Part shown: piece after piece, positions 47,300-59,900 of the stretch | Numbering within the stretch: position 1 is the first letter of the stretch | Layout: each line of letters begins with the position of its first letter | Source of the DNA: Podarcis liolepis | Lineage: Eukaryota | Direction: 5' to 3' (one strand) | Length of the DNA: 64,000 nt | Assembly: GCA_965112155.1 (NCBI GenBank) | Contig: OZ218104.1 | The notes under the pieces: model-generated | Told to the model about the DNA's origin: nothing | Databases searched by the model: none | Seen by the model: the letters and a program-made list of their open reading frames with translations, nothing else | Translations under genes and position numbers: made by a program

Positions 47300-50200
47300 C
47301 ACTGAAAAGGCAGATCACCTGAGCATTGCCATAGGGGACGTTCTGGCAGTAGTCCCTGATGTCCGATTTGCAGGCCTCATGAAGGTCTGGTTCCAGGCGG
47401 ATATCCTCAGTCTGCAAGATGAATCACATTGAAAAAGGATTCAGACTCAAAGGGAAGGTGGAAAGCTTGAACATCCAAAGCAAACAAAACCAATTAAAAA
47501 AAGTAAAAAGCCCATGAGAGAACCAAGTGTTTATCTTCTAACTAGGAAGCTTTCTGCAGGCAACCATCAGCACTCTTGAGGTTATATATTTATTTAATAG
47601 GATCTCTTTACTCATTCTTCACCCTCATGCTGCACAGTGGATTACAACAATAATATAAATTTATAAAGCTGTTATAATTATAAAGCAAGCAAAACCTTTC
47701 CAAGTGGAACAGAACGCTTTAAATTCAGCAAAAGAGGCCCCACAAAACAATACTTTAACAGTCAAAGGCCAGGATGAAAGAGATGTCTTCAGCTATGCGA
47801 TGAAGATGCTAGAGATACTTCTGTAGGGAGGGACTTCCGCAATGTAGGGGCTGTCACAGAGAAAACCCTCTCCCAGGCTGCCATTCCCTCAACTTCTGAG
47901 GGTGGCGGAACTACCCTCTACAGGTCTGAACACCCTTGAACAGCTTTTCTCAACCTTGGGTCCCTAGATTTTGTTGGACTACAACTCCCATCACTCCTAG
48001 CCAGCATGGCCAGTGGTCAGGGATGATGAGAATTGTAGCTCAAGAACATCTGAAGTTCCAGGGTTGAGAAAAGCTGCCCTAGAAGGTCAGTTGGGAAGAG
48101 GCAGTCTTTCAGCTATTTGAGGCCAAAGCTATGAATCAAAATATAACACACTTGTGCAATGCAGTCTTCAGTTTGGCTGCCCAGGAGAGCTCTGGAAAAA
48201 AATCCCTTAAAAGACACACACACACAGATAGAGATAGAGATAGAGATAGAGATAGAGATAGAGAGAGAGAGAGAGAGAGAGAAGGTGCTTGCAGTTCTAT
48301 TGGTCCAAGGGAGCTGGTTGAACAAGACTCTAAAACCCCAACAGCTGGGGCTGGCTTTGGCTCAGCAAAAACTGCCTTCTTGTGGCAAGGTGCCAGGAAA
48401 AGCCAATGTTTGCAAAGAAGCCTGCTATAAGCCCGATTTAGAATATAAGAAATGGTAATTAGAGAGAAGGAAACTAGCACTGAGGGGCAGCCAAATATTT
48501 TCAGGGTAGCGCAAGCTGATGCAACCCTCCACAGAAGCCATTGCAAAGCCTCATAGTAACAAGAGGGCAACTTTTACCATTTCCAGCTCCTCAACACGTA
48601 GCTGCTTGCGGCACTTCATGGAGACCTGGTGCTCCTTTGCATCTCTCAGCGTGTCGTTGCGTACAATGGTGCTCAGGCAGATCACCACATCCACCCTGAA
48701 GAGGACAGAAGTGTTATAACACCAGGCTATCTTGGTGTAAAACTCTTGGGTATCACCCACTTTCTGATTAAGAGACAAAAGTTTCTCTAGCATTCAAAAG
48801 CCATGAGGCCAAATTTCTGACACACATACTTTTTCTTGATGTTGGGGCACAGCTTCAGGACATCCTCTTTGCAGGCCATTTTAAATTTGTAGGAGAATCT
48901 GAAATCTTTCATCTGAACCTAAAGAAAGAAAAGCAAACAGACTCCTCTCAAAGTCAGGCACAGTCAGGAAGCCTTTCACAGAATATCTACTACTGCAGCC
49001 CCAGTCAATGGCATCTCTCTGCCCTGCTTCTTGCCTTGCCACCTTTGAGCTTCAGTTCAAGTTATCCCTTCTAGTGAAGCTAAGGGTGAATGCAATGCCC
49101 ATCCAAATCACTATGGGCTCACCACATGCACTGCCTGCCTCCAACTGCAGAATGAGAATGGCAGATTTGGAAGGAATGTGGTTAAAGGCACAAAGCAGTC
49201 AACATCCGGAAGCTTATTTGTGGCAAATAAGCCAAGGCAGCACTGAAAAGGGGACTATGCCATAACAGTTCAAATTCCAGCAGACAGGAAAATGCCTTTG
49301 GCCTTCCAGGGCGAAAACAGATAATGGCTGTCTGGCTCCCAGACTTAGTCAAACTAGGGGATGCTGGAGAACCAGCCACACTCACCAGCTGGAAGTGTGT
49401 GACTCCAATTGCACACTTTTCATTCATCTCCTTCTGGTGTTTGTTCTGAATGAGGCACTCCATGAGATCTCCTGAGTCAATCTGGTTGTCTGCCACTTCC
49501 TGAATGGGATATTGGGGGGGATGGGACAGACAGACAGACTAATGACAACCTGTCAGGAACTAACTCCCTTCCTGGAAGTCTCTGTACCTCAGTTGAGGAA
49601 GCAACGAGACCCATGATTTAAAGCTGGAGAAGGTAATTGCACCTCTCTGGCTTACATTTGAAACCTGATTGTTAAAATGACTTGTCAGGGCTGGTTAGCC
49701 CCAGAGCTCTCAAGTTGCTTTACAGCTGCACATGCCCCCACTGGACCCAAAAATGCAACACAATCTATTAAATGCCATGAACACATTTTGCAATTTAACT
49801 AGGGCTGGTATGCCAGAGATATACAAAGACTATGCAACAATAGCTAAATTCTACATACTTGTTCCTACTCTGTATAATTTATTCTGGTTTTGTCCATGAT
49901 GAGCATCAATAAACTAACAATGAAAAGTCCTGCGCATGACTACTGGAAATTGTTTCACCCACCCTTTATATTCAGATATTTCAGCAGGCACCAGCTAAAG
50001 AGTTTCAAGTGAAACCAGATATTTGCTTTTAGAAAATGGAAGAAGAAAAAGGCCAGAAAACTGAATTACCACTGTCCCATTCTGTGCACCCATGGAATCA
50101 CAGCACACATGCAGTCTTGCACCTGCTTGCTATGACTTTTGGGTATCCAAACCAGCACTGTAATTAAGGCTAAATTCTGAGCAGGGAACTGGGGATGCAA

Positions 50201-50861
50201 GAAGGCTGGTTGTGCCCTTGAGAATTATGGACATTCCAGCAAGGTATGCTTAACATGAAGGGGGAACTACAAGGCATGCACATGGCTATGGTCTTCATCC
50301 CCTCAACTGATACTGATGGAGGAACTCCACACTCAATCCTTATCCAAATTAGAACAAGTATGAGTAAGAGTTACTTACATGGCAGAAGGTCTGGATAATT
50401 GGCTCACATGCTCGCATCATCAAGGCTTCTATCTGAATATCCTACAAGAGGGAGAGAGAAAGCAATAAGTCCACCCAAGGCCACACCCAGTTTTTCTGAC
50501 AGTTCACACTATTGCTCATGTTATGTTTGTACATCAGAGTGGGAAAGTCTCCTGGGATGTGAGCATCCCTAGAGACAAGCTAGGAAGACTTCTGTTGACA
50601 AGAACAGCTACTGTAAGAAGTCATTGGGAGCAGGAACAGGTTGCAAAATATAGCTTAAAGCAGCTTTTCCAGCTGTGCTGGCTGAGGGTGATGAGAGGTG
50701 AAGCCCAAAGCATCTAGAAGGGGCCAGGGTGGGGAAGGCTGCCTTAAAGTTTGCTGCCCCAAATAAAAGCTAACTAGAGTTGATCAAAACACAGCCGTTT
50801 TAAGGAAATGATACCTGCCATAGAAAGGCACAACTTTTACACATACAGCCGACAGACCAAC

Positions 50862-50928
<67 letters not shown>

Positions 50929-53900
50929 CTCATTTACATGAATACTCCTTCTTTCTAATGATATCAGGCTTGAGTTACTTTATCTGGACAACCAATTAAG
51001 ATCTGATACTTTACCTTCTTTCTTAGATGACTCAAATACATGAAAATGGCACCCTTTTGAAGATACTTGGGAGGGCAACCCAAAAATCAGCAAATCATTC
51101 ACATGGTGCAAGTCTAACAACTACAATACTGGAGCTTTCCCTTCCAGACAAAGCTTACTTACTTCAGACTCCAGCTCTGTAAGGTTTCCAACAATGTCTC
51201 TGCATTCAGCCGCCAAGTCATCCAGATGGTCCTGGAGACATTCAAGTTCCTAAAGGGGACACAAAGAATCTTAACACAGAACAAATGGGTTCATCTCATT
51301 AATCCCTTGAAAGCCACCCTAATGCACCTTGCTATGTCTCTGGGACATCTTTCATTTCACCCCAACCAACACCACACTTCTGCAATGCAACATAACCCCT
51401 GGGATCAGCAAGTCACCACTCCAGGTTGCTCTAGGTTGGATAAATTGGGACAAACAATGCTTTGCTTTCTCCTGATGCACACATGGGTTTAGTGCCTTCC
51501 CTTCACTAATTAAGCTAAATCGAAGCACAAAACGCAATACAGAAACTTTTGAACATTAAAATTTAGTAAAATTCAGAAATGTTTATGAAGAAATAGCAGA
51601 ACCAGGGCATTTAAAGTGAATGTGTTTTGCTTTCTAACTTATACAACAATTTCAACATGAGATTATTGGTTTAAATTTTTGAGATACCTGTCCAGTCTCT
51701 GTTTTCTCACTGCACCACTTCCCCAGATCTATCATGCACTTGTCCTGGAGAGCTGGATCCAGTTTTACATCCAAGGCACGCTGGTGTAGAATTCGTTGTA
51801 CTTCTGCCCTGCATTCCCGGGATAGCTGCCAAGAACAAGTGTACAAATTTGTTCCAGATGAACAACCCCAACTGCTCAGATCTGGGAAGGAAGGTGCTCT
51901 TTCCAGCATTAGTAAAAGTAAAGTTCTCTTTATGCTATGCTTGGTCACCTCCCACAGAGGCCCAGAGCAGGCCTCCCATGCAGGCCCCTCCCCTCATTTT
52001 TTTTACCTTCCCTGCAGCTTAGATGGACAAGTCCCCACATCCAGACAGAAGGTGTTTAATTGAAGGACAAGTCTAAACAAGTTGTCAAAAAGTGAACGAG
52101 ATACCGTGGCATCACGTGTGTGGAGGGGCTGGCTTGCTGTTTCAGAGAAGAAGCCAATAAAATACAGACAAACAAGCCTAGTGCTAGATTGGTAGGGATA
52201 ACCTCAAATCTCCAGGCTAGCAGAAGTCAGAAGGATCTGCTAGAGCATGGCAAGGACTCTTTGGGGATTTAAAATTCTTGGTACTCTGAAAACGGTGCCA
52301 GGGACAGGCAGCTGTGCATGGCATCCTGCACAGATTTTACAACTGAAACCTAAAAACTAATTAGACATAGCAAGTGGAGACCCACCACAATTCATGTTGG
52401 CAGAAAAAGAAGGCAGAAAAAAGGAACAAGGCACTACTCCATTTTTCTCCCCCACAGGGAGAATGACTTGCGGAGCAACTGAGCAGTTGCCAAGTCTGTT
52501 CAACAGTTCTTTCCTGAGCCGGCACATAGCAGCAACCAAAAGGTATATGGGCATCACTTAGGCTGCAGAAGAAGAGGCAAAAGACTGTCTTCTCCTCCCC
52601 AGTTTAAGTTTATAAGCTGGAATACAAGCCCAGGAAGTCATGCAGTGCAGTGCACCTTTTGCAAGGCTTCACTATTTCAGGTGGGTGGGAGATGATGTTT
52701 GAGAACTCCCCACTTCTCCCAAACATGCTAGTTCTGCCTGTGGGGAAAGTTTACATGGGGGAAGCATTCACACATGGACTCCCTTTTTCTTCCCATAGCC
52801 CCTGAGTCTGAAATGACTCAACCCAGCAAAAACTGCACTCACATGAATTCCTGATTATGCAACTCAGCTCATCACCAACCACACTCTGATTGCCACCTAC
52901 AGGATACTGATTACCTGTTTGGTGATCACAACTTCACCAGCCATTCATGCAACAAGCCACCTATTTTGTTTCCTCACCCTTCATATGAAGAGATTTCCTA
53001 CTATATTCAGCACTGACCTCAGCTACAAAAAGCAGAGGCAAGACCACATACCTTAGCTACAAAAATGTTTCCTCAGGCTTCTTCCAAAAGGCTTTTAGGG
53101 GAATTCTTGCACTCCTGTTTGAGTCTCCAGAGGCTCAAACATTAAACCCCAATCTCAGAGGGTTAAAACAGAAGCACAGGGGTCTCCATTTGTTTACCTA
53201 CTTAGTTGTTGCAAAGCATCCAGGTGACCTGTAGAGTGGACTATAGTTGGCTTGCCTCCGTGCTTTTCCCCAGTATCACCTGCTCAGTTTCTCTGCTGCC
53301 TTAGAGATATTCAAAGCTTACATTTGAAGCCACAGATAAACTAGCAAATGCCCCCAAATCACATTCATTTTCCAATAAAGGAGGACTGCTAAAGCAACTG
53401 ACTGGTGCTTACCCTCCTCCCCTGTTCCTCTGTACGATAGGCATGTCTGTACAGGCAGGAGAAGATGGCCCCAGGAGGAATCATCTCACTCGTCTCATTC
53501 CAGCCGCGTGTATGGCAAAGTCGGGATGCATCTCCCTGGCACTTGCGGTAGAGCACAAGATCCAGTCTGTCAAAGTAGAAGAATCAGTGAAGCCACCATG
53601 AGGTTCTAAAATGCCCTTTCTTCACACACCTAAGATTAACAGCATTTCATTTCACTTCAACACAACATTTCACCTCTAGAATGTAGCAAATCAGAAATGA
53701 AAACGTTAATAGGTACAATTTCCATTTAGCCATACAGGTCACTCGCAGCTTGCACAGGGGTTATGTTCCAGGGACAGTGCATATACTCAAAAACACATAT
53801 AGTCAAATCTCTCCCACATGACTATCCTTACCTTCTGTAGCTGTTGTGCTGAATGGGTCTTATAACACCCCCGCCCCCAGGCAACGCAAAGAGTTTTCCA

Positions 53901-56900
53901 CAAGATCTCATGGGACTGTCTGAGATTGTTCAAGATCCTCCCAGAGCCCAGTAAGCAAGTTTGAGAGCTTAAAAGCTCTTTTTGTGCTGGGAAAACAATG
54001 CGCAAAAAGAGCGTTTAAGTTCCATGCATTTAATTTGTGCAATTTCAACTGGTCAGCCATCAACTGCACAAGTTAAATGCACACAAGTTGCGAGTCACCT
54101 AATAAAACTGAGACATATTTAAAGTCTCGCCAATAAAATATGTTTTTTTTACTGCAACCAATTCCAACTGTGTAACAGTTTTGCAGTCCAAGATTTTAAT
54201 ATGATTATGAAGATTTTCTGTAAGCCACTTGGGGCTATAAAATTTGGTGCAAATGTCAAAGTGCATTGGTACACATAAGAATGTGAACATACATAAGAAT
54301 TTTGCTCTTAAGGAGCAAAAACAATTTAAACCCTACACTAGAAAGAAATATGTCCTCATGAGAAACAGGCCCTATGCTCTTATACCAGCCAGCTAACTGT
54401 GATCAGCTGGAGAAGCCCTCCTAACTATCCAACAGTTATCATACTTTCATTTGGTTTCTATGCAAACTAAAGTTTTTAAAAAGCATGGTGGCACCAGTAC
54501 TTTAGAACACTGTTCCTACTGCAATCAGAAAGGCCTTAAGTGTGTTTAGAGAATGCCAGTTAGCATTAAGGCATTTGTTCTGTATTTCATGTTTTTATAA
54601 TCATATGATGTTAAAACATAATTATAACTTGATGGTGTTGTACATCACCACAATTTTTTTCTTAATGAGCTGACAGTTCATAAAACACTATTAATAATAC
54701 ATAAGTACAGGAAACTTTACTTTTGACACAATGCTTACACTGAGACACCCTCCATAGTTAGACGGAGGCTGAAATTTGGGGTGAGAGGGCATTATCCTGT
54801 GGTGCACATTCATAATGAGGCAGCGCTTGAAGGTAATGCCCAGGCCAGAACCTCTACTTTAATTTGTAGCAGGCATTGACAGAAATTTGGGGAATAACGG
54901 TTAAGTATAAACATCAAGTACTCCAAGTTGTGAATGAAAAGAACTCTTTCTGAACCTCTAGCTAGTGACTAGAGAATTAAAGCCACCCATGACCCCACAG
55001 TACAAGACCTTTTTGACCCAACTGCCGCTGCTAGAAAGTCCTGCAACAGAACTGCAGGGCCCCTGAGGGTCCCCATGCCCAGCACTCACTTCCAGTCCCG
55101 TGAGATGAAGTACTGGAGCTCCAGGAGCCTGTGCTCACAATCTTCCACCATCTTCTCTGTATACAAATGCTCCATAAGGCAAGAGAGAATCCTATGGAAA
55201 GAAAGTCATGTTATATTGATATATGCAATCTTCAGGAAAGAAAGTCATGTTATATTGATATATGCAATCTTCAGGAAAGAAAGTCATGTTATATGGATAT
55301 ATGCAATCTTCAGGAGCCTTCATACCAGACATTGCAACAAGGAGCATCTCACTGGTGGGAGGGGAAGGAGGTATTTGTAGAAAGGGGGAGCTGAGTAACT
55401 GCATGCTTTAAAGCACATGTGCTTCTCCATAGTGGTCTACCTTTGGCCTGTACTTTCCCACAGCTTGCATTTGTAAGGGTGATGAGAAGCTGTTGCATAA
55501 TAAAGTCTGCCTGTATGCCCACAAGAAACCCTTTCACCCCAAGTCAACATCTCTTTTTATGTAAGAGACACTCTGAGCCCATCTCTTCCCCCAGGTTTAA
55601 CAGGCTTCTTTCAGCCCAAGCTAAAACAGCAGTAAACTGTAGCAAAAGCAGGGGATCTCCATCACTTACATGGGGTCTCCAGCACGGATGTGCTTGCAGG
55701 CTGTTTGTATCACTGATTCGCAGGCTTCGTTCAATGCTCTGTCAATGCGGTAATCAGCACCAGGGTCTGCCTCTTGGATTAGAGTTTGAAGCTGGAGGAA
55801 CGAAAGAGAAGAGGGGGGAAGAGTTTAACAACAATGGCAAAGTAGTTCAGGAAGTTGGTTTCCTGGCTTCTGTTGCTGGCAGAACTGCAAAGCTAACCTC
55901 AAGGGATTCTGCCCCCTTCCCATCTCATTTCAGTACCAGCTCCTGAAGTGGAGAACATCTTTCAAACATTCCCATGGATGTGAACTGCTCCCTCCCACAC
56001 AAAAAGGGCTAACCGTTTGCCAAGGAAAAGCAGCCTTTGGACAAATGATTTATCTTCCAAGACCAAGACCAGTTAATGGCAAACAGCTAAGATGTGCCAA
56101 ATGGAAGAGCATTCTCCCTTGTGTATGACTCAGCCAGAACCAGAGTTTTTATGTTGCTGTCACCTCATCTGCATCCAGAAACTGCAGGCATGACTGAGAA
56201 AGCCAAGGTGTCAGGTCATCCCTGCAGCATGGGGCAATCCAGACATTTTGCAACTCTGGGGACTTCCCTGTTCTATTTTCAGTATCCAAACGACAGTACA
56301 CAGAGCTGAATTGTGCAGCCAGCCACATCACCAGGCCTTCTTGCCACTGAAACTGAAGGGGAGGAGAGCCAACAGAGCAGCAGGAGCAGGAGAATCTAAT
56401 CTCCCAAACCCAGAACCTCTGTCATGTACATGAGCAACAGGGGCCTTCCTGAGAAAATGGCACAGGGGCCTGATGTAACAAAAGACAGCCTGGGGCTAGG
56501 AACATGTGCCTAGTGCTTTTATTTGTGGTGGGTGGGCGGTGAAGAGGCAACTGTTGAGACTGAGTTGAGCAGCATGCTCATAAAGGTATACTAGCAGAGA
56601 AGTGGTCTTTCAAGGATTCAGACTCCACTGAAGCATGACTTGAGCAGCGCAGGTAGACTTATGCAACACAGGTTGTTTTATTTTTTTGCTAAAGCAGCAG
56701 CAGCATAAAGCAGCAGAACTAAATGGCATCTCACCACAAAGGCCTGAGAAAAAGCCAATGGAGCTTAAGAATTCCTTCAACGTGTAACACTCACTCTTGG
56801 AAATTAAGCTCTACAAAGTTGGAGGAGCAGAGAATGGGCAGATTTCTGCACTGATTGTTTCCTAGTGGAGCCCGTAGCCTGGGAATTAAGCCAATTTCAA

Positions 56901-59900
56901 ATTTAGGAATCCGTTTACATCACAGATCTTAACCTCAACTGAGATGAATCTAGTGAAATGCTGGGGGTGGGGGGCATGGGGCAAAGCCATTTATTCATGT
57001 GGCCATGGAGCCATCACAGACCACAGAGCCTTTTTGCTTCTTTTTGCTCCCCTTGACAGAACCACAGGGCAGCATTTGCAAATATCGGGGCACTTCCCAT
57101 TTCTTTGCAAGCAAAGCTCTTTCCAAGAAGCCAAACTGCCAGGTTGCATCACACAACAGTACAACCGTACTTTAGCCTTTCCCCACCAGCACGTGTTGCA
57201 ATGCCCCCCTCAAAGCCTATCAAGTAAAGTGGTGTCAAGTCTAGAGGAGTGTTTAGTAGCATCAAAGCCCCAACTTCACTGTGTAAGTATACACATCAAA
57301 GCAGTCATAATGCTGAATTGAGGCTAAGCTGCCTGGGGGAAATAGCCATGTTCTAACAATCTGTTCCTGCCTGGGAAACAATTATCCTGCTCTCATCATT
57401 TGAGGTGGAAGATCCCTGGAATCTAGCCTGACAATCACACCAAGCCATCTCCAATATAAAAGAACAAGCAAGCACATGGCCTGATGGGCTTTCTGATTTT
57501 GTCTCAGGCAATCATCAGTGAGCTATGTTGGGATCAGCATTGAGAAAAAGGGAAGGGGTTTTTTTTGGGGGGGGGGTGAGAGTGTCAATGTCATTAATCA
57601 TGTGCTTGGGCACCCCCAACCTTCAAACTATAAGGCTGTCAAGCATTTGCTATTGGCAGCAGTCAAGATTAGGACACCTATTACATAAAAAAAAGGATGT
57701 GGTAGGAGGGTGAACATAGCTCCTGCACAATACTACTCCAAAAATGCTACCCAACAGTGAAACCTGAATAAATCATTCAGAGGAAGAATGAGATTTTGAG
57801 GAGAAAGATCAGCAGCATTGGCAAGTAAGGCATGGGGTGGATTATCAGGAGCCATGAAGTGAAGCAGAGAACAGGGCCAAGTAAAAAAGTCCTATGTCTA
57901 TACAAAGGTCCCAATGTTTATGGGCCCAGAGGCACCTTTTAAAGTATTGTCATAGGCAACAAAAGTACCCATTCCATCAAAGAAAAGCTAGCAATACTCA
58001 GAAACATCCCCACCCAAAAAACCCAACAAGCAAATCACCTATACCCCACCGAATAAGACAAAAAGTAGGCCCCCTACACACACCAGCCAGAAACATCATT
58101 AAAAAAACTAAAAGTTGGTGTCCACAGGTGCTGCATTGGGGAGCCCAGGCTAAACTAGTGGAATCGGCCACTTTGTCCCAATCTCCTTCTGGTTTCTTAG
58201 TTTTAAGTACACACTGACTCTGCATCTTCAGTTTTTCATCTACAACAACAAGGGCTAGAATCTTACTATTCAACACACAAGTTTTGCCTCTATGCAGTGA
58301 CTGGTGCCCGTGGAAGGGAAGGAGTGAATCTGTTTTTATGGGATAGGGACTGAGCAGCCACCGTACATTCTTGTCTGCCTCAGCAGTATATTTTCAGAAG
58401 AATGCAAATATGTTCTGACCATCACATGTTACAAGATAAAGGCTCTTCTTTTTTTACACTTAGATTTGTTTTAGGGAAAGTAATTAATATGAAGCTACTC
58501 CAAATTCCTCCCAAATGCATACAACACTTCCAATGCATGCAGAATGAATTGTGCATATATTATGAGAAGCCTGAGAGCTGGAGAGAAATAGTCACTGGTC
58601 TCCTAGTTCAATCCAATTTTCTTCTATCACCATGCGTATCCAACTCCTTACACTAAGTTGTTCCAGTTCACGTTTCCCCCTGAAGAACTTAAGAAGTCAC
58701 ATGGGATTAGGTCAAAAGCTTTGCTTGAATTAATATGTTATGCCCATTACATTCCTCTTGGCTACTTTACAAAGAAGGTGGGTTAGCCTGGAATAACATA
58801 ACAGCTTCTGAGTTTAATAGCCTGAAGCTACCCGAAAAGCCTTTTTACAAGTAGTTGATAGAGCTTTTTAATCAGCTCTAGCCAACTGTTTCATTGGGAT
58901 TCCCCTAAATGGATGTTGGAGCTTTGAGGGCAAAGCCTCCCTGCAGCTCCCACCTGCATCCCAACTCAGGTCTTACTTCAGCATCAGCCCACAAAAGCTA
59001 AAATAGTGGGCAGGACACACAAGCAAATTCTTCTGCTCCCAGTAACGTAGAGTCCATTGCCACACATTCTGTTCTCCCAGGGAAATGATTCAGGTATTCA
59101 AAACAGAAGTATTACTTTGCTGGGTCAGACCAAGGACCATCTATAAGAGACCTCTCCAACCTGGTGCATTCTAGATATTTTGGACTACAGGTGCCATCTA
59201 CATGGCCATTATGGATGAGGCTGGTGTGAATTTTAGCCCAGAACACCCAGAAGCCACAAGGTGGCTGCTGATGTAGTCATGCACTCTGTTTCCAACAGTC
59301 ACAACCCATAGGCTTCTAAAAGCTATTGACTATGGCCTGCACATGTTTATTCCTAGCATCTGGTACTCAAGAGGTAGGGCTACTTTCAACACCAAAGTTC
59401 CCTGTGGCTGTTATGGCCACTGGCCACTGAAAAACTCCTCCATGAAACCTTGAGAAGCATCGCTTTGGATGGGGAACACATATATGGCAGCCAAGTGCTC
59501 TGAGAAGCATTTAATTAGGAGACCCAAGCTGAAACTTTGGATTCTCTGAGTGATGCCTGAGATTTAATGTTTTGAACCAGAGCCTGACTTATCGGCTCTG
59601 GTTCAAAACATTAAAACCAGCTGGGGCAAAAATGAACAAGATTTCAGATGTGGGGGTTGAGACTGTCATGAAAAGGCTCCCCATGACAACCTTACCGACT
59701 GCTGGCAGCTGACTCCCAAGTTCCCCTTCTCTCCTCGCACAACTTTCATCAGGCAATGCAGGGTGCGGCCCTTCCGATGCAGTCCTGAGCAGTGGTGCTC
59801 AATCTCACTGCGGCAACCGAGGATGATCTCTGGGCTCAGGGAAAAATCTTCCATCAACATGCGCCGGTAGTCCAACATTTCTCCCTGGCATTCACTGCTC

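Noticed and set aside
47074-50999. ORFs with RERERE, IEIEIE, SLSLSL or KKER runs
   Set aside because: Translations of GA, GATAGA and AAAG microsatellites.
55075-55404. Repeat-protein ORFs (KESHVILIYAIFR x3 etc.) or a CRISPR-like array
   Set aside because: Translations of a head-to-tail 39-bp intronic repeat with no spacers, in a vertebrate intron.
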